From positions 6,220 through 70,219 of the forward strand of contig CAZNKD010000052.1 of NCBI GenBank assembly GCA_964573615.1: 64,000 bases of DNA. Direction: 5' to 3'. Source of the DNA: an uncultured Desulfobacterales bacterium (GTDB lineage Bacteria; Desulfobacterota; Dissulfuribacteria; Dissulfuribacterales; QOAL01). The translations under genes were made by a program, and so were the position numbers. The notes beneath the pieces were generated by a model. The model ran no database searches. It was not told the DNA's origin and saw only the letters and a list, made by a program, of their open reading frames with translations. Below are positions 55,411 to 64,000 of the stretch, in pieces (the stretch's first letter is position 1; the number at the start of each line of letters is the position of its first letter).

Positions 55411-55413
55411 TCC

Positions 55414-56172
55414 ATGAAGCTCGTCAGGTTCAGGCCCGAGGCGAAGGCCCCCATGTGGGGCATGTGGCGTGAAGATTACGTGCGGGTCATTGTGGCAAGC
55501 CCCTTCGAGGGCATGGTGGTAGGCACCAGCGAGGAGTATCCCTTGGAGGAGATAGAGCTGCTTGCCCCCACAGAGCCCACCAAGATAGTGGCAGTCGGCC
55601 TCAACTACAGGGACCATGCAGAGGAGCTGGGCATGGAGCTTCCGGAAGAGCCGCTAATATTCCTTAAGCCCCCTTCGGCCGTCATCGGCCCCGGCCAGGA
55701 GATCGTCTGCCCGGCCGCCAGCAACCAGGTGGAGTATGAGGCAGAACTTGCGGTGGTCATTGGCACGAGGGCAAAAGACGTCCCTGTCGAGGATGCAGGC
55801 AGGTATATCCTGGGCTACACATGCGTAAACGATGTGACGGCAAGGGATCTCCAGAAGAAGGATATCCAGTTCACCCGTTCAAAGAGCTTCGACACATTCT
55901 GCCCTATCGGACCCTGGATAGAGACGGAGATAGACCCGTCCGATCTGGCGGTCCGTTCCTATCTGAACGGAGAGCTGAGGCAGGACTCGAGGACCAGCCA
56001 GCTCATCCACGGGGTGCCGGAGCTGGTGAGCTTCATCTCCTCCATCATGACCCTCGAGCCAGGAGACGTCATCTGCACCGGAACCCCAAAGGGTGTGGGC
56101 AGGATAGTGCCAGGAGACGAGATCGCAATCGAGGTGGAGGGCGTGGGCAGGCTGATCAACCCGGTAAAGTAG
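55414..56172 (+). CDS. fumarylacetoacetate hydrolase (FAH) family protein
   Basis: [22 protein letters not shown] and [13 protein letters not shown] motifs. Confidence 0.85.
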   Translation: MKLVRFRPEAKAPMWGMWREDYVRVIVASPFEGMVVGTSEEYPLEEIELLAPTEPTKIVAVGLNYRDHAEELGMELPEEPLIFLKPPSAVIGPGQEIVCPAASNQVEYEAELAVVIGTRAKDVPVEDAGRYILGYTCVNDVTARDLQKKDIQFTRSKSFDTFCPIGPWIETEIDPSDLAVRSYLNGELRQDSRTSQLIHGVPELVSFISSIMTLEPGDVICTGTPKGVGRIVPGDEIAIEVEGVGRLINPVK

Positions 56173-56222
56173 TAGCCACAAGACCACAAATCGAAGAAAA
56201 GAGAGTTGTCAGGAGCAGTGCG

Positions 56223-57389
56223 ATGAACTTTGAAAAGAGCCAGAGACTTAAGAGGCTTCCCCCATACCTATTCGTAGAGCTTGACCGCAAGAAGGCAGAG
56301 GCAGTGGCCAAGGGAGTGGATGTGATAGATCTCGGCATCGGGGACCCGGACATCCCCACTCCGGATTTCATAGTGGAGCGGATGAAGGAGGCAGTGGCCA
56401 ACCCCGCCTATCACCGCTATCCATCCTCACAGGGCATGCCCCGCTTCAGACAGGCGGCGGCCGTTTTTTGCAAGAAGCGCTTTGGCCTGGAGCTCGACCC
56501 GGACTCCGAGGTGTGCTGTGTCATAGGCTCCAAGGAGGCCATTGCCCACTTTCCGCTGGCCTACATAAACGACCTGGAGGATGTTGTCCTGGTGCCCACC
56601 CCTGGCTATCCCGTCTATCATATCGGCACACTCTTTGCGGGTGGAACCACCTACTACATGCCGCTTCTGGCTGAAAACGGCTTCCTGCCGGACCTCGATG
56701 CCATTCCGTCCGACGTGGCCAAGAAGGCCAAGATCATGTGGCTAAACTACCCCAACAATCCCACAGCCGCATGTGCGGATCACTCCTTCTTTGAAAAGGT
56801 GGTGGCCTTTGCCAAGGAGTATGAGATCATCGTCTGCCACGACAATGCCTATAGTGAAATGACCTACGATGGCTACCGGGCACCCAGCTTTCTCGAGGTG
56901 CCAGGGGCAAGGGATGTGGGCGTGGAGTTCCACTCCCTTTCCAAGACCTATAACATGACCGGCTGGAGAATAGGTTTTGTGGTGGGCAACAGCCAGATCA
57001 TCTCCGCCCTCAAACAGGTGAAATCCAATGTGGACTCGGGGCAGTTCGAGGCGGTGCAGGAGGCGGCGATCGCAGCCCTTGAAAGCGACCAGTCCTGTGT
57101 GGATGAGATGCGCCGTATCTACACGGAGCGCAGGGATACGCTGGTCGAGGGGCTTAGGGGCATCGGCCTTGATGCCGCAAATCCGAAGGCGACCTTCTAT
57201 GTGTGGGTCAAGGTGCCAGAGGGCCATACATCTGCCAGCTTCAGCAGCCTTGTGCTTGAAGAGGCGGGCATAGTCTGTACGCCAGGAAACGGTTTCGGTG
57301 ACCCCGGAGAGGGATATATCAGGATGGCGCTCACCGTGTCGGCCGAGCGGCTGAAGGAGGCGGTGGAGCGTCTAAAGGGCATCCTCTAG
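56223..57389 (+). CDS. dapL: LL-diaminopimelate aminotransferase (DapL type) / class I aminotransferase
   Basis: Start moved to the ATG at 56223 ([24 protein letters not shown]...). LGIGDPD and the PLP-lysine context [14 protein letters not shown]. The dapA-dapB context supports DapL over a generic AspC-like enzyme. Confidence 0.75.
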   Translation: MNFEKSQRLKRLPPYLFVELDRKKAEAVAKGVDVIDLGIGDPDIPTPDFIVERMKEAVANPAYHRYPSSQGMPRFRQAAAVFCKKRFGLELDPDSEVCCVIGSKEAIAHFPLAYINDLEDVVLVPTPGYPVYHIGTLFAGGTTYYMPLLAENGFLPDLDAIPSDVAKKAKIMWLNYPNNPTAACADHSFFEKVVAFAKEYEIIVCHDNAYSEMTYDGYRAPSFLEVPGARDVGVEFHSLSKTYNMTGWRIGFVVGNSQIISALKQVKSNVDSGQFEAVQEAAIAALESDQSCVDEMRRIYTERRDTLVEGLRGIGLDAANPKATFYVWVKVPEGHTSASFSSLVLEEAGIVCTPGNGFGDPGEGYIRMALTVSAERLKEAVERLKGIL

Positions 57390-57407
57390 GCCGAGGCCTC
57401 TGGGAAA

Positions 57408-57959
57408 TTGTCAGGACGACGAAGGCTCGCCTTCATAGGGCTCGGGGCAAACATAGGGTCCCGACAGGCGGCCATAATGAAGGCCGTGGAAGGGATAGGC
57501 AGCATCCGTGGCGTGGAGCTCGTGGCCCTGTCATCCCTTTTCGAGACGGAACCCGTAGGTTTTGACAGCAGAAATCTCTTTCTGAACGGGGTGCTTGCCG
57601 TGGAGATCTCGGATGAGATCCCGCCTTCACGTCTCATGGTCAGGCTGCTCGACATAGAGCAAGGCCTCGGAAGGGACAGGGCTGCAGGCATGGACAGGAC
57701 CATAGACCTGGATCTCCTCTTCATAGAGGGCATCAGCCTGGATGAACCTGGCCCGCCCCAGCTCACACTCCCTCATCCACACATTGCCGAAAGGGTCTTC
57801 GTCCTGGCTCCATGGGCAGAAATCGCACCTGGGATCATCCCATTTCCGGGTTTGGGCAGTGTTGCCGAACTGCTGAAAGGCCATCCAGACACCCAGGGCA
57901 GACTTGAAAGGCGTACCCGTCCGGTGCTATACAGGAGTCATCCCGAGATAGATCTTTAG
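57408..57959 (+). CDS. folK: 2-amino-4-hydroxy-6-hydroxymethyldihydropteridine diphosphokinase
   Basis: AFIGLGANIG, RTIDLDLLF and LPHPHIAERVFVLAPWAEI motifs. TTG start. Confidence 0.85.
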   Translation: MSGRRRLAFIGLGANIGSRQAAIMKAVEGIGSIRGVELVALSSLFETEPVGFDSRNLFLNGVLAVEISDEIPPSRLMVRLLDIEQGLGRDRAAGMDRTIDLDLLFIEGISLDEPGPPQLTLPHPHIAERVFVLAPWAEIAPGIIPFPGLGSVAELLKGHPDTQGRLERRTRPVLYRSHPEIDL

Positions 57960-57977
57960 CCCGAGATAGATCTTTAG
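57942..57977. repeat. perfect 18-bp tandem duplication CCCGAGATAGATCTTTAG x2 spanning the folK stop codon
   Basis: Read directly, at 57942-57959 and 57960-57977. Confidence 0.85.
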
Positions 57978-58028
57978 ATGGATACTTGACCCGGGCCCTT
58001 TGGCCGAACGGGTCGAAACGCATGATCT

Positions 58029-58052
58029 GGGGGCAAGGCCCCCCTCTTTTTT
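58029..58052 (+). terminator. Rho-independent terminator after folK
   Basis: GGGGGC, AAG, GCCCCC, then CTCTTTTTT. Confidence 0.5.
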
Positions 58053-58125
58053 AGGGAAACAGGTGGCTTAAAACTATTCGGATCCCCCCTTTTGCCGGGG
58101 AGAAAGCCTCTTTTAGGGCCAGACA

Positions 58126-58401
58126 ATGAAATTCATCATCCTGCTGATACTGCTCTATATCCTCTATCTCCTGGTCAAGAGGTTCCTGGCCGACTATTTC
58201 GGCCTCTCTGGCCCGCGCTCAGGCAGATCAAGGACCAAAAAGCCCCCCATAACGGACGAGCTGGTCAAGGACCCGATCTGCGGAACCTATGTGCCCAAGC
58301 TCGAGGCCATCACGTATGGATACAAGGGCAAGCTCTACTACTTCTGCTGCAAGGAGTGCCTGGAGGAGTTCAGAAAAGAGATCAAGGAGGGCAAGAGATG
58401 A
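58126..58401 (+). CDS. membrane-anchored YHS/TRASH-type metal-binding domain protein
   Basis: 91 aa. N-terminal TM helix, then DPICGTYVPK...YYFCCKECLEEF (YHS/TRASH Cys pattern). Confidence 0.7.
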   Translation: MKFIILLILLYILYLLVKRFLADYFGLSGPRSGRSRTKKPPITDELVKDPICGTYVPKLEAITYGYKGKLYYFCCKECLEEFRKEIKEGKR

Positions 58402-58417
58402 GTCCCCTGTTGCCCCT

Positions 58418-59674
58418 CTACTGCAGATAGATCCACATTCCGGCCCCCAGCATGGCAAGGGTAACCAGAAAATATTTTGCCAGCTGCCAACCAAGCCCCC
58501 ATCCGGCCAGCCAGCAGACGATCCCGAGCTTCACAAAGGAGTTGACCACTGAGGCAATTACGATCCCGTTCATTGCGGCCACTGCCTTTAGGCTGCCCTC
58601 CTTTGCCAGCTGGGCCAGGGTAAGGGTAACTGCATCCACATCGGTGATGCCGGAGAGCATGGAGACCACATAGACCCCTACATCTCCATAGCGTGCCTGC
58701 ACGAAGGCCACGGCCCCATAGACGATCCCAAACAGGATGCCGAACTTGATGGCCTCGCTGAGCTGCAGGGGATTTCTGGCAAAGGTGTCTTCCACGGAGA
58801 CACTGGCAGACTGGGCACTTCTGTAGAGATACCAGGTATATATGAGCCCACCGGCAGAGGCGGCAGCAAAGGGGACCAAAAGATCCCGGGCAAGCTCAGG
58901 ATTCACCACGAACACCAGGATCAGCACCCGCAGGAACATGAAGGTGCAGGCAATGGCTATGGCCGCTGCAAAATGGACGGCAAAACGCCTCTGGGCCACG
59001 GCCAGCCTCGACATGGATACGGAGACTGCGGTGGAGGAGACCAGCCCGCCCAGGGCCCCGGTAAGGAACAGCCCCTTCTTGTGGCCCAGTATCTTGATGG
59101 CGGCATAGCCCACAAAGGAGATGGCCGAGATTATTACCGCCATGAGCCAGGTCTTGTAGGGATTGAAGAGATGATAGGGGCCGATCATCCTGTCCGGAAG
59201 GACGGGAAGCACCAGAAAGGTCATGGCCAGCAGGAGCACTGCCGCATTTATGTCTGTGGGCGTGATCCTGGCCTCGAAGCGCTGCAGTTTCGGCTTGATC
59301 TCGAGGAGCACTATTATCAGCACCCCCAGGAAGATGGCGTATTTCTCTTGCCCCAGGCTCACCATCATGCCAAGGAGATAGGTGGCAATGGCCGCAAAGT
59401 GGGTTGTACTGCCGTAACCCTCGTGCCTGGTCACCTTGAAGTAGTAGGCAGCGAGGATCACTCCTCCGGCCAGGATCCCCATTATCAGGGCGATTCCGCC
59501 GAAGTGCTCGTTCAGGCCCCCTGCCATGTATCCCACCATGGCGATGAGGGAGAAGGTGCGCGAGCCGGCAAAGCTCTTCTCCTCCTGGCTCAGGTGATAG
59601 ATGGCCCGCTGCATCCCTATCATGAAGCCCAGGCCCACTGCTATGAGTATGGACTTGATTACCTCTAACTCCAT
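58418..59674 (-). CDS. MgtC/SapB family membrane protein with a DUF4010-like C-terminal half
   Basis: Start moved to the ATG at 59674 (MELEVIKSILIAVGLGFMIGMQR...). About 12 TM segments. Confidence 0.75.
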   Translation of the reverse strand: MELEVIKSILIAVGLGFMIGMQRAIYHLSQEEKSFAGSRTFSLIAMVGYMAGGLNEHFGGIALIMGILAGGVILAAYYFKVTRHEGYGSTTHFAAIATYLLGMMVSLGQEKYAIFLGVLIIVLLEIKPKLQRFEARITPTDINAAVLLLAMTFLVLPVLPDRMIGPYHLFNPYKTWLMAVIISAISFVGYAAIKILGHKKGLFLTGALGGLVSSTAVSVSMSRLAVAQRRFAVHFAAAIAIACTFMFLRVLILVFVVNPELARDLLVPFAAASAGGLIYTWYLYRSAQSASVSVEDTFARNPLQLSEAIKFGILFGIVYGAVAFVQARYGDVGVYVVSMLSGITDVDAVTLTLAQLAKEGSLKAVAAMNGIVIASVVNSFVKLGIVCWLAGWGLGWQLAKYFLVTLAMLGAGMWIYLQ

Positions 59675-59831
59675 GTCTGGCGGCTGTCTCCCTATACTCG
59701 ATCGACTACGTGCGACTCTTTGAAAAAATAACCCATTCTGCCCGAGATTGCCCCACAAAAGATCCACTTTTGTGCTATTGTCAAACTACTTCAAAAAGGA
59801 CAAGCCACATAAGAAGAGACACATCTCGATC

Positions 59832-60854
59832 ATGAAACATATCATCTCCACAGGGCAGGATAGCTGCTGGGATGCCAGCGGCAATCCCGTCCCCTGCAAA
59901 TCGACAGGCCAAGATGGTGAATTCGGCTCTGGTGCAGCCATCCCTGCCAAAGAAAGGTTTCGCATCCTTGAAGGAACAGGGGGTAACGAGGTGGCCAAGG
60001 ACCGGCTGACTGGTCTCGTCTGGAGTCTTGATGCATCACCATCCATATTCGCCATGTCCTGGCAGGAGGCCCTCGACTATGTAGCGGATCTAAGCAGACA
60101 GGGCTACTGCGGCTTTGATGACTGGCGACTTCCAAACCGGCGGGAACTCAGGAGCCTTGTCTGGCACGAGAGCAAAAATCCTCCTCTGCCCCCTGGACAC
60201 CCCTTCCAAAATATATTCCACGGATGGTACTGGACATCCACGACCGCGGCCATCAATACCAGATATGCATGGTATATCCATATGGGCGGGGCGAGGATGT
60301 TTTATGGAAGAAAGGACCAGGAATGCCTCGTCTGGCCTGTAAGGGGTGAAAGCGGTCTCATCCCTAGGACAGGACAAAGGCACTGTTTCGATGTATCGGG
60401 CAAGGAGGTGGCCTGTGAGGGGACAGGACAGGATGGAGAGCTCAAAATGGGACAACCTTGGCCAGAGCCCAGATTCAAAGAGGTGAACAGCCAAGTGTTA
60501 GAGGATATGCTGACAGGCCTGTTATGGACAAGGGATGCGGATCTGGCCAAAGGGCTTACAGACTGGAACGGGGCATTGGCCACTTTAGATCTCCTCAACC
60601 GGAATAGATATGGAGGAATCGATACCTGGAGACTCCCAAACATCAATGAACTGGAGTCCCTTGTGGATGCCTCAAGACATAGCCCTGCCCTGCCTGATGG
60701 CCACCTATTCGAACGGGTGGGCCAGTTCTACTGGTCTTCCACCACAAGCTTCTATGATCCCCAGTGGATCTGGGCGCTCTACATGCACAAGGGGGCAGTG
60801 GGAGTCGGGATGAAAAAGGGACGCCACTTCCACGTCATTGCGGTTGCAGGATAG
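59832..60854 (+). CDS. DUF1566 (Lcl C-terminal-like) domain protein, two tandem modules, no evident signal peptide
   Basis: Start moved to the ATG at 59832. The unit TGQDxCxDxSGxxVxCxxTGQDGE...LTGLxW...W..AL......Y.G..DWRLPN..EL.SLV occurs twice. Confidence 0.7.
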   Translation: MKHIISTGQDSCWDASGNPVPCKSTGQDGEFGSGAAIPAKERFRILEGTGGNEVAKDRLTGLVWSLDASPSIFAMSWQEALDYVADLSRQGYCGFDDWRLPNRRELRSLVWHESKNPPLPPGHPFQNIFHGWYWTSTTAAINTRYAWYIHMGGARMFYGRKDQECLVWPVRGESGLIPRTGQRHCFDVSGKEVACEGTGQDGELKMGQPWPEPRFKEVNSQVLEDMLTGLLWTRDADLAKGLTDWNGALATLDLLNRNRYGGIDTWRLPNINELESLVDASRHSPALPDGHLFERVGQFYWSSTTSFYDPQWIWALYMHKGAVGVGMKKGRHFHVIAVAG

Positions 60855-60898
60855 GACAGCTCTGGACGACCCTACTTGTAAGAAGGAGGAAGAAGAAG

Positions 60899-61972
60899 AT
60901 GGATCATGGATTTCAACCGGCCCCTGAAAATTTGGCCCTGAAAAATCTGGCTACAACAGTTCTCATGACGCTCTTCATCCTGGCTTTGGGTCTGTGGCCT
61001 GTTGTCACAGCCGAGGCCAGACAGGCGGCAGGCAGCCAGATTCCTGACGACACGGCCATCGAACAGGTGGTGAGGGAGGCATATGAGAAATTCAAGGAGG
61101 ACAAGAGCGGGAAAAACGCGGACTACATAAGGGCCCTGGCCAGCGTGGACCCGGACATATTTGGAATAACGGTTGTGACTGCAGATGGGCGGATCTTCGA
61201 GGCCGGAGACACCGGGGCGGCTGTATCCATACAGTCCATCTCAAAGGTGTTTACCGCATCCCTGGTCATGCAGGAGCGGGGGGATGGTTTCATCCGGGAA
61301 AGAATAGGGGCCAATGCCACAGGCCTTCCCTTCAACTCCATAATGGCAATAGAGCTCCATGGCGGAAGCGCAAGCAACCCCTTCGTCAATGCAGGCGCCA
61401 TCCAGGCCACCAGTTGGGTGGCTGCCCGGGACTCGTCGGAAAGGTGGGCCAGGATCAAGGCCAACATGGATGCCTATGCAGGCAGGCATCTGTCCTTCAA
61501 CGAAGAGGTCTTCAAGTCCGAGCTGAATGACAACAAGCGTAATCAGGCCATAGCCAAGCTGCTCGATGCCTATGGCCGCATGGGCTCTGATCCCCTGGAG
61601 GCGGTCACGGTGTACACCAGACAGTGCTCCGTGAATGTCACCTCCCGCGACCTGGCTGTCATGGGGGCCTGCCTTGCCAATCATGGGGTCAACCCTGTCA
61701 CAGGAAGGCGCCTCCTCAAACAGGAGTATGTCCCCAGGCTCCTTGCCCTCATGGCCACTGCCGGACTCTATGACAATGCAGGCGACTGGCTCTTCGCCAC
61801 AGGGGCCCCTGCAAAGAGCGGGGTGGGCGGCGGACTCCTGGTGGTGATCCCTGGGAAACTGGCCATCGGCACGGTCTCGCCGCCGCTCGACAGGTTTGGA
61901 AACAGCGTGCGTGGCCAGAAGGCATCCATCTACATTATCGAAAAGCTGGGTCTCAACCCCCTTGCCCAGTAG
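60899..61972 (+). CDS. glsA: glutaminase A with an N-terminal signal/anchor sequence
   Basis: Start moved to the ATG at 60899 (AAGGAGGA RBS). Hydrophobic segment TTVLMTLFILALGLWPVVTAEA, then glutaminase motifs (SIQSISKVF, PFNSI, NPFVNAGAI, AKSGVGGG). Confidence 0.9.
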   Translation: MDHGFQPAPENLALKNLATTVLMTLFILALGLWPVVTAEARQAAGSQIPDDTAIEQVVREAYEKFKEDKSGKNADYIRALASVDPDIFGITVVTADGRIFEAGDTGAAVSIQSISKVFTASLVMQERGDGFIRERIGANATGLPFNSIMAIELHGGSASNPFVNAGAIQATSWVAARDSSERWARIKANMDAYAGRHLSFNEEVFKSELNDNKRNQAIAKLLDAYGRMGSDPLEAVTVYTRQCSVNVTSRDLAVMGACLANHGVNPVTGRRLLKQEYVPRLLALMATAGLYDNAGDWLFATGAPAKSGVGGGLLVVIPGKLAIGTVSPPLDRFGNSVRGQKASIYIIEKLGLNPLAQ

Positions 61973-62002
61973 CAACTTGGCCATGAACAAGGAGACGATG
62001 AG

Positions 62003-63412
62003 ATGAAAAGGATCATCCTCTTGCCAGGTCTGACCGTGCTGATCGCACTTGCCGCCATCATGACCCTGACCGGCCTCCTGGCCGAAATGGCCCTGGCCGC
62101 CGAGAAGATCGATGCTGCCAGAAACGAGACCGTGGACGACGATCACCCCTATGAGCCTGTGACCCATCTCAAGGGGCCAGAAGGAGTCACCTTTGCCGGT
62201 GGCTGGCGCCTGTCCGGCGATATCAGGACCGGCTGGGTGGAGTATGACTATCAAAACTCGCCGAACCGCCCGGATCCTGATACCAACAAGGGGCACCTCG
62301 ACTCCCACGGCTACTATCTGATACCAAAGATCTCGCTCACCTCCCCTGAATTCAAGGGGCTTCAGGCAAAGATCACAGGGGCAGCAGTGACCGACTTCGG
62401 CATAAACGATGAAAAGTTCGAGAGCAGGACGTTTGCCTTTGGAGACGACAGGCGTTCATACGCCATACTGCAGGAGGCATATCTCTCCTACACGGCGGGA
62501 GCACACCAGTTCGTGGCCGGAGCCAAGGAGATCTCCACCCCCATGGTTGATGCCGATGACTGGTATCTGCTTGCGAACTCTTTTCAGGCCGCATACTACG
62601 TAAACAGGAGCCTTGAGAACATCCTCATGGCCGTGGGCTATTTCTACAAGATGGCAGGCCCCTGGGACAGCGGATCGGACGGAGACAACTTCCGCTCCAT
62701 GTCCGATGCCAGCTTCGTAGACGAGCGGGACAAGGACAATGCAGATGACAGCGGCATCATTGCAGCAGCCTTTCAGTACAGCGATGAGACTCACAACCTC
62801 CAGATATGGGAATACTACGCACAGGACCTCTACAACACCCTATTTCTCCAGTACGACTACACCGGCACCCTTGGAGGGCTCAAGTATGATGCAGGGGTCC
62901 AGTTCATCAACTTTTACGAGGTGGGTGAGCTCAAGGACCATGACTACACGGAGATAGACTACAGCATCGTCTCATTCAGGCTGGATGGAAAGTGCCCGTG
63001 CGGATTCGACTTCTCCACTGGTGCAAGCTTCTATACCGACGGACCAGGCACCGCAGAGACCCTGGGGGCATGGGGCGGCTATCCCTATTTTGCAAACGGG
63101 ATGATCTTCCACTTCTTCGAGGCAGGCTCCATGAGGAACGCCGACTCATACAAGGTGCAGCTCGGCTATGACCTTGCCGGCCTTGGAGTGGAAGGGCTCT
63201 GGATAGGGGGCAGATTCACGTACTTCGATCTCGATCCAGGCTATTCCAGGACGGCGGATGGAAGGCCCCAGGACGACATGTCAATGGTGGGGATAAGGCT
63301 CTCCTACAAGCATCCGTCCGGTCTCTATTTCACAGGCACCTTCGAGACCGTGGACCTGGACAATGAACCCAACACCAAGGCGTTAAGGCTCATCGGCGGG
63401 ATCAAGTTCTGA
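62003..63412 (+). CDS. outer-membrane beta-barrel porin (OprD-like/uncharacterised family)
   Basis: Signal peptide, alternating beta-strand pattern, aromatic girdle residues, and a C-terminal ...LIGGIKF. AAGGAG RBS. Confidence 0.65.
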   Translation: MKRIILLPGLTVLIALAAIMTLTGLLAEMALAAEKIDAARNETVDDDHPYEPVTHLKGPEGVTFAGGWRLSGDIRTGWVEYDYQNSPNRPDPDTNKGHLDSHGYYLIPKISLTSPEFKGLQAKITGAAVTDFGINDEKFESRTFAFGDDRRSYAILQEAYLSYTAGAHQFVAGAKEISTPMVDADDWYLLANSFQAAYYVNRSLENILMAVGYFYKMAGPWDSGSDGDNFRSMSDASFVDERDKDNADDSGIIAAAFQYSDETHNLQIWEYYAQDLYNTLFLQYDYTGTLGGLKYDAGVQFINFYEVGELKDHDYTEIDYSIVSFRLDGKCPCGFDFSTGASFYTDGPGTAETLGAWGGYPYFANGMIFHFFEAGSMRNADSYKVQLGYDLAGLGVEGLWIGGRFTYFDLDPGYSRTADGRPQDDMSMVGIRLSYKHPSGLYFTGTFETVDLDNEPNTKALRLIGGIKF

Positions 63413-63494
63413 AAGAAAGCAGCCGCCCTCCATAAGTGCCCCCTTGCTGAGCTTCAGCAAGGAAGGGAGCGGATCAGCCTCCTGTCAATCCCCC

Positions 63495-64000
63495 TCAGTT
63501 GCACTGTGGCGGGCCGGCATAGGCGAACTTTATGCTTCCGAAATAGACGCAGTCGCTTCCGCACCTGCTGAACTTCACCTGCTCCGAGCCGTTTTTGTTG
63601 GTGAAGGTGATGGTACCGCCGTTCATGTCGCCCTGGATACTCCAGCGCCCTCCGCCGGAGCCCTGGCTTGCGCTTCCCCAGCCCGATCCGGAATATCCGC
63701 TCTCGGCACTGTCGAAGTAGCGCCCATCCGGACATAGCATCAGCTTGCGCTCTGTCCCTCCGGTATAGCCCAGCCCGGAGCTCGAAAAGCTGTAGTAGTA
63801 TCCGGCAAACTGCTGCATCAGACCTGCATCATTGGGGCCTGCCGCACCGCCGCCTCCGGCGCCGCCTTCATTTCCCCCAGGGATGATGCTTGCCAAAGAT
63901 GCCCAATAGGCCTGCTCCTCGGCCAGTTTCTCCTCATTCTTCTTCCAGGATATCAACCGCTTTGAACGGGCATCGAAGGTGAGGTCATAGGGGATGTTCC
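63495..64000 (-). CDS. hypothetical Gly/Ser/Tyr-rich protein, C-terminal part (ORF is open to the right edge of the window)
   Basis: There is no in-frame stop between 63957 and 64000, and the track start is a TTG. The sequence ends ...CGSDCVYFGSIKFAYAGPPQCN. I recognise no family. Confidence 0.45.
   Translation of the reverse strand, partial: NIPYDLTFDARSKRLISWKKNEEKLAEEQAYWASLASIIPGGNEGGAGGGGAAGPNDAGLMQQFAGYYYSFSSSGLGYTGGTERKLMLCPDGRYFDSAESGYSGSGWGSASQGSGGGRWSIQGDMNGGTITFTNKNGSEQVKFSRCGSDCVYFGSIKFAYAGPPQCN

Noticed and set aside
1-64000. Scan for CRISPR arrays, transposases/IS ends, toxin-antitoxin pairs, restriction-modification or other defence genes, and reverse transcriptases.
   Set aside because: None seen by eye. 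The only repeats are the short tandem or palindromic elements listed above, and no ORF shows DDE, integrase, YxDD or defence-type nuclease/helicase motifs. This was an eye scan only, so short or degenerate elements could have been missed.

Overview
Dense, mostly housekeeping chromosomal window of roughly 58% GC (estimated by eye) with about 60 genes. I found no transposase, integrase, phage gene or CRISPR array. The source looks like a Gram-negative anaerobe of the Desulfobacterota (deltaproteobacterial) type. Supporting this: a bona fide dsrC with both C-terminal cysteines, an LpxI-type lipid A operon (bamA-lpxD-fabZ-lpxA-lpxI-oxidoreductase-lpxB, plus lpxK-waaA elsewhere), a DapL-type lysine operon (dapA-dapB-FAH-dapL-folK), and two orphan sigma-54 enhancer-binding response regulators. 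Other recognisable genes are an rpoH-like sigma factor, der, rng, dtd, miaB, malQ, pilD, a ClC channel, tRNA-Phe(GAA) and tRNA-His(GUG). The ORF track starts each ORF at the most upstream ATG/GTG/TTG, so I moved several starts downstream; these are noted per feature. Items I consider worth a second look, in rough order of interest. (1) An 888-bp non-coding island after the second EBP gene. It holds two tandem sigma-54 -24/-12 promoters feeding a C/U-rich (anti-Shine-Dalgarno-like) segment that ends in a strong terminator, which is a candidate sigma-54-dependent sRNA. It also holds three perfect 15-bp palindromes (a putative UAS) and a third sigma-54 promoter in front of a small membrane-anchored protein. 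(2) A four-gene operon (ATP-grasp, class-III aminotransferase, Gfo/Idh/MocA oxidoreductase, degenerate nucleotidyltransferase fused to CDP-alcohol phosphatidyltransferase). It reads like an uncharacterised amino-polyol/cyclitol phosphate head-group or solute pathway. (3) A partner-less YcaO-TPR fusion next to dsrC. (4) A core-MetE-like protein coupled to an amphi-Trp/XXXCH-type polybasic protein. (5) A TonB-dependent receptor, periplasmic binding protein and HAMP histidine kinase module with a tandem repeat at its promoter. All functional calls come from reading the translations and remembered family motifs; no database search was run.
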